Source of the DNA: Epiperipatus broadwayi
Lineage: Eukaryota; Animalia; Onychophora
Reading direction: 5' to 3'
Length of the DNA stretch: 64,000 nt
Assembly: GCA_028023455.1 (NCBI GenBank)
Contig: JAQFVV010000009.1
Coordinates: 17,608,001-17,672,000, forward strand
Position 1 is the stretch's first letter. Every line of letters starts with the position of its first letter. This document shows, one piece after another, positions 52,564-63,533 of this stretch. The notes beneath the pieces are model-generated. The model was not told where the DNA came from, searched no databases, and saw only the letters and a list, made by a program, of their open reading frames with translations. A program made the translations under genes and the position numbers.

Positions 52564-54100
52564 GGTACTTGTCAGTTAGACAGGCCAGCCACTTGGTGGC
52601 ATTCTTGATCTGCAAAAAACACACTATTATAAGCATTCCAGGCTGACATTTTGCAAGCTAATTTAAAACAATTTATAATCGAACATTATTTGGTAAAATG
52701 GAGTCATTTTATTTTTAAATTACTTTTAAACTCATTTTCGAACCATTTTTTTGGATTGAAATTCTTATACATTTTTACTGACACTTGTCTAACAAATTTT
52801 GTTAAATACAACATTTTACAAGCATTTACTTTTTTTACAAATTCATATTTCAAAAGATCTTTATCAATCTTATTACACTTACAAACAAACCAAAACATAA
52901 TAATGACAATAAAAATTAGGTTGTCTGTTATTTGATACTAGTCAGTCTGCTGTTTCAGACTAGTCTGCTCTGTTTTGGCCAGTGATATTTCACCTAGGAT
53001 GGCCTCAAACAAGTCTTGACCTTTGTGGAACCGTCACCATACAAATTCACCAAATAGTTCTCCATGGACTGTCTTGGTGTACTATGCTTCTTCTTGTTGG
53101 CCCACTTGAGAACTTCCCAAAGATGCTTGATATTTTGCACATGCACACTTGTGCTAGGGTCAACAAAGTTGTAGTGGTAGTTGACCATCAGGTGCTTAAA
53201 ACCAGTGGACTGTAGATCACCGCTTCTATACCCCTTCCAACAGTTCAAATAGATGGTCGATCCAGGCTGTATGTTTTTGCAGATGGCCTGCAGAAGGGTA
53301 GAGGCAGAGTGTGATGGAACAGCTGATGCAAAGCAATCTCTGGTCTCATGGCACAATCTGCCAAAGATCCACTGTTGAGGAAGTATTCGGTCTTGATGGT
53401 TCTTCCTGCATGTGAATAGTTTCTCATCCACCTTCACTGTCAAGCCTGACCCACCAATTTGATAGCAGGGGTGGGACCTGATGCTCTTATGGCACGGTTC
53501 CCTCAGTCCTTTGGTCCATTGGATGACAGATTTTTTGGATAGGTCAAGCTCAGTGCATCAGCCCATGGACAATTTTTGATCGCAAGCAATTGCCAAAACT
53601 TTAAGTGCTCCTTACTGCATTCAACCATTTTGTTAGTGTGGCAGTGAATCTCACACAAATGTGAGTAAAGACAGTATCATGCATCAGCTTTATTTGCCAA
53701 AAAAATTTCCAAATTTTTCCCCCCTTCAAAAGTGTGTAGGGAAGCATGTGGACAGGATGACAATTTTTAGTACACAATAATAAATCAGTTTCATTGTAAG
53801 GTGATTAAATGAAAGATGACATTTATAAGAATTATGGTAAGTTGAAGTACAGGTACCTTCAAGTCATACTGTAGTGAAGTTTATAATAGTTAGAATTTGG
53901 ATAAACTGTGTAACAGTGTACATAGCCACTGTTATAGGCCACATTAAAAAATTGCATGGGTTTCTGTCCATTCGCATGGAAATAAAGCAAATAACAGCAT
54001 ATTTCTGTGCTTTTGCAGAGACTGCCTAAATGGCATATTTTTGTGCTTTTGCAGAGAAAGAACACCACCAAGTGGCTGGCCTGTCTAATTGACAAGTGCC
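52564..54100 (-). mobile_element. Merlin (IS1016/IS1595-like) DNA transposon, 1537 bp
   Basis: 36-bp TIRs GG(T/C)ACTTGTCA(G/A)TTAGACAGGCCAGCCACTTGGTGG with 2 mismatches. Right-side 8-bp TSD CTTAAAGT; the left copy is partly deleted. The empty site is visible in sister LTRs (~48073-48090, ~59945-59965). Confidence 0.92.
52994..53443 (-). pseudogene. Merlin/ISXO2-like DDE transposase, catalytic part (frameshifted)
   Basis: VKVDEKLF..RK...RILPQQWIFG...ETRDCF...TLLQAICKNIQPGSTIY.NCWKGY...H.MVNY.YNFVDP.T.VHVQNI..LW..LK. Confidence 0.9.
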
Positions 54101-54239
54101 CTTAAAGTTACAAATCTTTTACTTACTAATTTTAAAAGAATTAGTCTTTTAAAATTCTTTTATTTAACTTATTAACTTTTTCTCTCTATAAGTTTATGCA
54201 TTTATACGTATGTGCATTTAAGCATACACGTATATATCA

Positions 54240-54617
54240 ATCTACAATGAAAGAAGAACACCTAATTAATTTATTACTTGTATCTATTGAAAATGATATT
54301 TTAGATTCCATAAACATTGGCAAATTAATTAACGATTTTGTGATTGCCAAAGCAAGGAGAATTCATTTATAAATAAAATGATGTTTGTAAACAATGTTAA
54401 TAATGAATTTATAACTTTAATGTACCACTTTTATATCTTGTTCGTGGAACTAAATTTTATAATTTTTTGCCAGCCATTTTCTGTATTTTTTATTGAACAA
54501 AAATTTTACTGAATTAAAATTCATCGTTTTATTTTACAAATTTTATTTATGGTGGAGGAGGAGTGGCACTAAAATTCATCTTGCGCAAAAGCATCCCTCA
54601 CCTATGTGGCAGGCCTG
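54240..54617 (+). mobile_element. 3' remainder of the hAT element (transposase C-terminus and right TIR)
   Basis: STMKEEHLINLLLVSIENDILDSINIGKLINDFVIAKARRIHL* (54241-54372) is the end of the hATC domain. Candidate right terminus ...TGGCAGGCCTG at 54617. The matching left TIR was not confidently found. Confidence 0.8.
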
Positions 54618-57038
54618 ACTATGGTTCTTCATGTACATAACTATATTTAAAAGTATAAATGTTTATTATGTAGATTTTTGCTTTTTTTTTTTTTTTTCAA
54701 ACTTGTATAATTTTGACTGTTAATAAGGTAGTCTTTATTTGTAATAGATGACTAAGATTGATAAGAAAAATATTTTGCTTTTTTTTTTATATACATCAGA
54801 GTGTAAAAGCAAATTATTTCATTTATCTATAATAAATAGTTCAATGTAAGATTGATAAAAAAGGACCATGTGATTATTCTAATCTTGCCACATGTTAATA
54901 GCAATTGAGACTTACAGTATAAGAGCATCATGTTTTCATCTTCATGTTCTTAAAGTAAATTATGTATATTATTGGATTTCCTGTATAAGATATGATATTT
55001 TTCTAGCATAAATGATGATCTATCAGTTTAATAATATGAAGCATTTAAATGTATTGTGAGAATTTGGTATATTCTTATACACTGCTGTTCTGGATAGCAT
55101 TATATGATACAATGCTACTTCAGATTTTTTTTAGCAAGATTGAGATCAATAAGAGAATTTTTTTCCCATACATAGTTTAATACAAACGACATTTTATATT
55201 CATATAAGAAAATAATGAAGCATAGAAAGAGATATACAGTATTAGAATTAAGAAAAAAGATTTAAAGTAAAATACATGAGTGAATGAACAAATACAAATT
55301 ATTGTCATTATTAAATAAAATAATTGTATACCTATTTGTTTGTGAGGTCATGCGAATTTGACTATCTATGTAATAGATTGAACACAATACCTCCATTCAA
55401 ATAATTAAACTACTCAGCTGAGAATCAATCTAGAAATTTTTATTTTGTGAGTCTACTTCTTTATCATTGAGCCAAACCTTAAAGGCTGAAATGAAGATGG
55501 TCTGTAAATTCTGCTAGAAGAGATGAAAGCAAGGTTTAAGCCCCAAATGATTTTAAGAGACCTAGAAAGCGACCATGTATAATTATGATCGTTACATATA
55601 GAAATAATATAGTTTTCTAGTGAATAAAAAGTTATCAATTAGGAATAGTGAATAAAAAGTTATCAATAGAAAATATTGAAATGAACTCAGAGAGATTATC
55701 ACACTGAAATAGATTATTGATAATTGAAAATGATGATTAATGTGCAACTATCTACTAACTTAAAAGATTTTATTACACTTTGCACACAAATTTATGCTTG
55801 TCAGTTTTTATAAACATTAATAAAATTGTTATTTAAAACAAAATGTTGTTTTTACATTCAGTTTAAATAGTAACTGTAGTATACATTCGCCTTAATCAGA
55901 GGGAACGTATGCATAGTATTTTTTTACTCCCAGATATAGCTATTTAAAAATTCTAAGTTAGCGTGAAAAATTCTTAGCAAATGAAAATATCTTCAAGATT
56001 CATAGATTCGAACTCCATGTCATGGTAAGCGAATGCATTAATCATTATACCATTTTCATTAATGAATCAAATAATTTTATTCAGGTTCTTAAAATTAGTA
56101 TTAACTGAAACACACAGGCTTAATATATACCTGTGTCTATATATGTATATATTAATACGCTTTTTTAAAAGGCCAAAAGGTGGCAGTATATGTCAATAAA
56201 ATTAATATTTAAAAAAGTACTAGACTGAAGTCTTATTTTAATTAAAGGCTGCAAATTATGTTTATTATTTAGAGATAAACCATGTCTATAGATCTGAATA
56301 AAATATCTAAATTTTCAACAATGTATTATTGTTTGAGAATACTTTAGTTATACATTGGTGATTATGATTCACAAAAAAGATTCGTGTCTCTCGCAGTATT
56401 AAATTTTTTAAAAAAATTAGTGTTGATAAAATAATGTTACTTTGCGGACTATATATTAGAACTAAATACTTGCGTTTAATGCATATTATTGGGAGTTTTA
56501 TTTATACAAGTTACTTTATTTTCTTACTGGAAAATGAAATTTAAAAAATTTAATTACTACTTATTATTATTATTTTTTTTTTTTTAAAAAAAAAAGGTTG
56601 AGTAATAATTTATACGCAAACATTTTCAACTCTGTAAATATATACACAAACACATTAATGTTTCTTTATTATATAAATAGAGAACATTTATTTTAAAAAA
56701 TCTATAAGTTGAAACTCTTTTACCTACATTTATTAAAGATATGAAGAAATTAAATTTGGCAAGCACATGGTCTATCTCCACAAATGACACCTTACATATA
56801 GGATTATCACTGCCACTATATTTTATATAATGTATCTCAAAATTGTGTGTGGCGTAAATATTGTCCAATATTTATTAAAAAGTTAATCAAGATAATTAGT
56901 ATAAAAATAATCAAAAAAAGTTACTCTATTTTATCTGAAATGAAAAAGGCGAGTGGTTTAAATTCAGCAATGTTTATTAATTTAGTTATCTGAAAGATGT
57001 TTACAATTACATCCACATGTGACATGTACAATTATATT

Positions 57039-60000
57039 TAATATGTATGCGTGTGCTTAAATTAAAGTCAGAAAGATAACGATGTAAACTCTTGTATGAA
57101 GATTAAAATGAACAATCACCTGCGAAGAGTATGAGCCAATCAATTGCTGGGATTAAAACAATGAATGCCTCAGTACAAATTTGATGAACAAGACCACTTC
57201 ATTCTTAGAGCTTCACCTGTGCACACGGACATATATATTGGAGCAGATCATCTCCCATGGCACAGTGACTTCATGAGAACTGGCTTCCGAATGTATGAAC
57301 AGTCAGCTAGGACTCTTACAAGTTGTATTGATCTAAATCAGTGGTCTTCAACCTTTTCACACCTGCGGACCGGTAAAAATAAGGATAAGGTTTCTCGGAC
57401 CGGCAAAAATAAGGATAAGGTTTCATGGATCAGCAGAAGTCTATAGATAAATTTTCTTAAAGATGTAAACAGTTTAGCCTTAGATGAAGTTATATATATA
57501 TATGGAGTTTGTATAATAAAAAACTTTTTCTTTTTTAATTTTGATTTTTTTTAGAAAAGTAATAAAAAATTTAACTCTACCCCCCCCCCCATAAACATCT
57601 GTGATAACTAGAAAAACAAATTAATTTATGTATGACTGATTAGATTTTGTTCTGTTTCTTTTTTTTAATCAGGTAAAAGTGCAATGAAAAAAAAAAAATT
57701 GTTTATATTAATTAAAAGTTTAAAATCTTATTATTTTGTTATTAAAACTTTCTTGCCAGTCTATCGCGGACTAGCAAAACACCGGTGGTTGAAGACCACT
57801 GATCTAAATTATCATTTATGTATATTTCCGGGCCTTATTATGTTAAATTATCATATGTATGTAAATAGTTAAAACGCTATTAAGGATCGTTCATTAAATT
57901 ATCTAAATATTAATTGTTTAGTAATGATTTGTACTCATGGAAAATGCACTCTTAGATCAGCTAGACATAGCAAATTGGTGCAGTCACAGTCTTGATTCGA
58001 ACCATTAATTAAAATAACAATCAAATTTCAGTAAAAGAATAGGCAATGCAAGTAGCAATTGGTGAATTTGACATCAGTGAGGCAAGTAGTTGGCCCCTGT
58101 ATGTTCAACATGTAGAAAAATATTTATTCATTAATAAAATTAAAGATATGTATAAGATTGCTGCTATTATTATGCTTTGCTGGGAAATGAGTTATTGAGA
58201 TAGCCAATAGGCTCAGTTAACCTCTAACTCCTGAAGATTCTACATACGATCAGGTTAAAGAGCATTTGTCAAACAACTTTAACCCCCAAACTTCTAGGTA
58301 TGTCACTAGACTACCATTCTGAGCTTGGAACTAAGGTTGGGGTGAAAGTATAAAAGATTACGATAGTGCTCTTGGTAATTTAGCAAAAAATTGCATTTAT
58401 GGATTTTTTCTAGATGAAGCCCTGCTGGAACAATTTCTTATGGGTACATTTAATGATAGTTTATACCAAACAATTATTGACCATTAGCAATTTAAATTAT
58501 ATAGAGGATCTAAACTATGGTATAGCTTATGAACTAGTGCTTGAGCAATCTCGAAAATTTGCCAAGTTCAAGATTAATAGCAAATCTCAAGCAAATTTTC
58601 GTAAAATCGTAAAGAAAGAATAGTCTAGAATAATGAGAATAGTGCTAACAGTAAAAACCTATTTATATATTTTTGCTGTGAAAAAAAGGACCACAAAGCT
58701 AACAATTGTTTTCATAAAGGAAACATTGCAACAATTATAAAAAAAAAGAGGGTACATCGAAAAAATGTGTAAAGAAAAATAAAACAATCCCCAACAGGGA
58801 AAGTAAGAATTATAAATGTTCAAATCAGGGACAAACAAGTCAGCCTACGAATATTTAAAAAATGTCCACCAATGATGACAAAATTATGTTAAAACTAAAG
58901 CTGTGTGATCAGCCCATATCTATGGAGGTAGACAGTGGTAATGGCATATTGTTTGATATCAGTCCATGATTGATATACTGTTCCTTCCAAGACTGACCTA
59001 AAAGTGTTAGATATGAATGACAATGCCATTAAAATAAAGCGAATAATTGAAGAGCAAAATTAAGGTACTATCACTATATGTAATACATGCCCCTATCAAA
59101 CCCATATTAAGACACATCTGGTTCAGTGAAGTGGGAGTAGAAATAACAATTACTAAAAAAATTAATAGCCACTGAGAGATAAAAACTTTCTGAGGGGGTT
59201 AATATGAATTTGGGTAAAATAGATATATTCAGAGAGCAGAAACCTTTCCAGAAGCCAGTAATTAACAAAAGCATGTCAGAGAAGATTCATGATGACCAGA
59301 AATATATGGAAATGAAGTACAAAGACATACAGAAATCGGGAGTAAAACATAAAATTGTAGCTCATTGGACAGCCAAAGATAATGGTTATCAATGGTTTAT
59401 GAAGCAGATTCAAGAAGGCTGGCTGAAGAAACATCCTTCACAAAGAACTATGGAACATCCAAAAGCATCTGTCAGTACACAAAGGTTGCATTATGAAAGG
59501 CAATTGTACGCTGATTCCAGTCAAGGGTAGGCAGCATATAGTAAAGTGGCTGCATAATAGTCTGTGAGACATGGCAGAGCAAAAGCTCTAGCCCTTAGTC
59601 TTGTCTGGTGGCCAGGCATTAACATAGACATTAGGAAAAATCAAAAGAATGATTGTGATATACAAACAAGTACAGTTCCAGAGAATGCACCAAGTGAGTT
59701 GGAACATAATTCACAACAGCATGCTAAAAGAGAAAAAAAAACCTTACATATCTGAATAACTATGTACTAAGTTCAGACATTAAAACCTGATCTCTGATTT
59801 TGGGGGGAAGTAATGATTTGTATGTGTATGCTTAAATGCACATACATAAATAGGTATAAATTACTAATGAAAATAAGTTATAAGTTTAAATAAATTAAAC
59901 AAATTTAAAAGATTGAGTCTTTTAAAATAGTAAGTAAAAGATTTATAACTTTAAGATTAGCAAAAGATTATTTTCTAAAATGAATACCAATCTAATTAAT

Positions 60001-60534
60001 GAGAGCAGAATATATTGTTAATGAAATAAAACAATGAAAGGAATTCGAGTTAGATTTCCTTTATATCATAAATGACAAAGTATAAAAATAAGTCAGAAAG
60101 ATAACGATGTAAATTCTTGTATGCAGATTAAAATGAGGAATCTCTTGACCAGAGTATGAGTCAATCAACTGCAGGGATAAAACAATGAATACCTCAGTAC
60201 TAATTTGATGAACAAGACTATACTTCATTCTTGGAGCTTCATCTGTGCACACAAATGTATATATTGGAGCATATCGTCTCCCATGGTGCAGTGATTTCAA
60301 GTATGGAGAGCTGGCTTCTGAACATATGAACAATCAGCTAGGACTCTTACAGGTCGTATTGATCTAAATTATTATTTATGTATGCCTTTAGGCTTATTAT
60401 GTTAAAATTATCATATGTATGTAAGTAGTTAAAATGCTATTAAGGATCGTTCATTAAATTATCTAAATATTAACTGTTTAATAATAATTTATACTCATGG
60501 GAAGTGCACTCTTAGATCAGCTAGACATATATCA
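57039..60534 (+). mobile_element. Ty3/Gypsy LTR retrotransposon E (same family as D), internally deleted
   Basis: 5' LTR 57039-57972 (with a ~260-bp deletion and a MITE), PBS TGGTGCAGTC from 57976. gag 58060-58780, PR MEVDSG (~58921), IN zinc-finger piece RAKALALSLVWWPGINIDI (59564-59755). PPT TGGGGGGAAG at 59801-59810, 3' LTR 59814-~60534. RT, RH and IN core are absent. No clean TSD. Confidence 0.9.
57339..57801. mobile_element. Young hAT (Charlie/Buster-like) MITE in the 5' LTR of E
   Basis: Perfect 15-bp TIR CAGTGGTCTTCAACC. Perfect 8-bp TSD ATCTAAAT at 57331-57338 and 57802-57809. Empty site in the 3' LTR (~60362). Internal 30-bp tandem repeat. CpGs intact. Confidence 0.95.
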
Positions 60535-60829
60535 TCTATTGCACTTTTATAAATTAATTACACACACTAAATTATTCTCAAGAAGAGAAGTGTCTGCTTA
60601 TCATCTCTTTTGGATCTGGTGCATATATTGTGTGCATGAAAGATGGGAAAAGATCATGATAAAATGAACTTATTGTCAAATGTGTGAACCAAGCAAGTGG
60701 AAGTCACTATTGTTATTTGGATTCCATCTAATTCAAGCAGGTTAATATGGGTTCAAAACTTTAGGGCTGATTTGAATTTAATGTATTTAATTTAAATACT
60801 AAAATGGAATTACAGTATATGGGAAATTA

Positions 60830-61720
60830 GTGATTTGGAAAATGAAAAGATCTACATAGAACAAACTCATGAAGAATGGCTATCCATCAGCTGTCATCAA
60901 AAAAGTCTTTACAAGGCAACAAAAACAGACACCAACAGAAAAAAAACAATTATTGGTACTACAATGTTATCCATTCATTCCAAAAATAGAAGACAAATTT
61001 TAAAAAAATTTGCAATCAGTATACATCAGAACAACTTTCCAGAGCCATGTTACATTATGAGGAATTCTAACATCTATAAACTCTAAACTTGACATGCTGA
61101 AAAGCAACAACTGTATCTATGAAATACCATGTGAATGTAGAAGAATGTATATTGGTGAGATCAACTGTCCCACTGAAAAATGATTGCAAGAGCACAAACT
61201 AATGATATGATTAGAAGAGAGAAAATAGATGTGTCTAAGATAGGAGACAATGTATGTACCAAAGAATATATGTTTAATTGGGAAAATACCAAAATATTGG
61301 AAAGAAAGGAAATATTATTGCAATTTTTTAAGAATTTAATTTCACTATATACATCAAGCGTATTAAATCTTACAAAGGAGAAAATTCAAAGAGGCTGTTC
61401 ATATGACAATGGTAAACAATCCTATAAGTCAATCCAGCATGCAATACATAATGTCTGGAAACCTCTAATTAACCTTGCTCTTAGGAAAAAGTATTACAAA
61501 AATTGGAGAAATCAGGAGGATTTGAACCGATAAGTATATGAAATTTTTATTACCATTGCCTTTGACAGAATGGCTCAGTTGGTTAAAAAATTGCCTTAAA
61601 ATTCAATATTCAATCATCTAAAGTTGTTGACTCCTATGCTAATATTGTCACTCATTGGTCAGGCCAGCAATACCTGAAATAGAGTGGAGAATAATAACAC
61701 TCAAAACATTGTGTAATCTA
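60830..61720 (+). mobile_element. Penelope-like retroelement 3' portion (RT C-terminus, GIY-YIG endonuclease, terminal region with decayed hammerhead)
   Basis: Frameshifted LMKNGYPSAVIK...YPFIPKIEDKF; GIY-YIG CIYEIPCECRRMYIGE (61112-61159); IRREKIDVSKIGDNVCTKEYMFNWENTKILE. Decayed hammerhead ATAC-CTGAAATA-GAGTG..CACTC-AAAA-CATT-GTGT at 61670-61714. Confidence 0.85.
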
Positions 61721-62400
61721 TTAACTTAGATTGTCTATTTTTTATTATTACTAACAATTGTCCATATTTGAAAAGTTTAAATAAAGTTTAAATTTTTTTA
61801 GATATTCAACATTTAATGATAGATGGTGGAAATAGTTCAACATATCATTACGTTTATTTGATGTTTGACTGCATTGCTTTCAATATTAAATTCCAAAACT
61901 TCAAATGCAAAAACCAGAAACTGATCTGAAATGGTGCTTTAAATATAATAAAATATCTAGTAATCATTGATTATTCAATATATTATAGTAGATGCTTTAG
62001 AATAAGAAACTGTTCTTATTTTAATCATATAATGCGTTGGGAAATTAAGTGAATTCTTGTTATTACTAACAACTATTTTAGAAATTCAACAGTTAAATAA
62101 TTTTGTTTTTGAAAAATAAAAAATGCATACATTTATTTAGATAAAAACTAAAGATAGATAAATGAATGCTGAATATATCAATTTAAATGCAATGTAAAGC
62201 ATTATGGAAGGATATATAAATAAAAGAAATTTGACTGCAAGTTTACTTGGTTAGGCTTATTAATAATTTTATTTCAAATTTAACTATAGTTTGAAAATTA
62301 CATATTTAAAATTTAAAAATAACATGAATTGTTAGTAGCATGAATGTTTTTTTGTTTAGAAGCTAGAGTTTGGTATCATTTGAATTTCCTAAAATTAAAT

Positions 62401-62511
62401 TTTTTTTTTTTCATATGTCATAGCATCGGCCGGGACGCGAACCCACAACCGTCTGCAACCAACTACTTGCTTGCATGGCGGCTGCGATACCTCTCGGCTA
62501 ACAACGCAAGA
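62401..62511 (-). mobile_element. tRNA-Gly-derived short SINE (copy 3, CpG-rich and young)
   Basis: Minus strand GCGTTGTTAGCCGAGAGGTATCGCAGCCGCC...GGTTCGCGTCCCGGCCGATGC-TATGACATATG-A11. 12-bp TSD CTAAAATTAAAT at 62389-62400 and 62512-62523. Confidence 0.85.
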
Positions 62512-63246
62512 CTAAAATTAAATTTTGTGATTAAAAAAAAGCATACTATGAAGATATAACATTTCATATTATTTATTATATTACCAAAGTAAAAGAAAAT
62601 ATCGTATATATGTGTATGTGCCAGAAAGTTAAAAATGTGAAAATCACGATCTCTGAAACTATCAAAATATGGCATTAATGACCAATTGAAAATAAACAAC
62701 TACCAGAGTACAAATGACATCGAAAAAGCATTTTAATTTACATATATTGAAAGTTTCAGTTTAAGAATTCCAATCAAAATTAATTAAATAAAGATCTTTT
62801 TATTTTGGAAAATGATAAAAAATCACAAGGTTCAAATTTTTACTTCATATTTGCATCCTCATCTAATAATTGTCATTTCAGTGAAATGGAGAATATGTCT
62901 GCCACTTGCAAAAGAAATATACTTGCTTGATATTCCTATATTTAACAAATTCCTCATAAATGTGAATTTAATTATTTAATATTAGTTACTGTTCCACAAA
63001 TTAAACACTTGTTTTTTTTGCACAGAAAGATCAAAAACAAATGAGAATTTAAACAGAATATTTTATTTTAAAGAAATAAAAGAATTATAGTAATAATTTT
63101 TTTATACATGTGTCATTACCATGTGAATCTATTTATATCACTTGTTTAATCAGTAAGTATCTGTTATATTAATAAAAAGGGTTTCATGGAAAACACTTCC
63201 TAATTTTAAATTGTATCAAATTTTTTTGATAAGATACAGTCTAGAC

Positions 63247-63533
63247 CAGTGGTAGTCAATCTGCTACCTACTGCCTTCATGGTGGGCGGTAGGGATTTTG
63301 TCCAACACTGAAGCACTTTCTTTTTTTTTAAATTTAATTGACTTTTTAAAAAAATTTCATAGAGATTTATATGCTTTAGCTTGCTGTAACTCTGCTTTAT
63401 AAATTTTATAAAGTAAAGTTACTATCCTACTTTATAAATCACCATTACTGTGGAACAGTGGGAAGTTAGAAAATTTTACTACTAACAAAAATACAAAAGT
63501 GGACAGTAGGTTAAAAAAGATTGACTACCCCTG
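63247..63533. mobile_element. hAT (Charlie/Buster-like) MITE, 287 bp
   Basis: 16-bp TIR CAG(T/G)GGTAGTCAATCT. TSD GTCTAGAC/GTCTAGAT at 63239-63246 and 63534-63541, matching the NTCTAGAN target consensus of this group. Confidence 0.92.

Larger units (their letters stand above)
47487..54239 (-). mobile_element. Ty3/Gypsy LTR retrotransposon D, inserted in the hAT dimerisation domain
   Basis: LTRs at 51917-54239 (5', interrupted by Merlin) and 47487-~48203 (3', PPT and first bases deleted). TSD ATCCA/ATCTA at 47482-47486 and 54240-54244. PBS TGGCACAGCC at ~51904-51913. gag (51426-51608, 50841-51419), PR KEVESGSS, RT (50500-50793; FGITLAP...YFDDILI 49970-50284), IN (48950-49225, 48811-49068). 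Confidence 0.93.

Noticed and set aside
55985-56050. tRNA-like element on the minus strand (TGGTATAATGATTAA...GAGTTCGAATC)
   Set aside because: A/B-box-like motifs only; there is no cloverleaf, tail or TSD.
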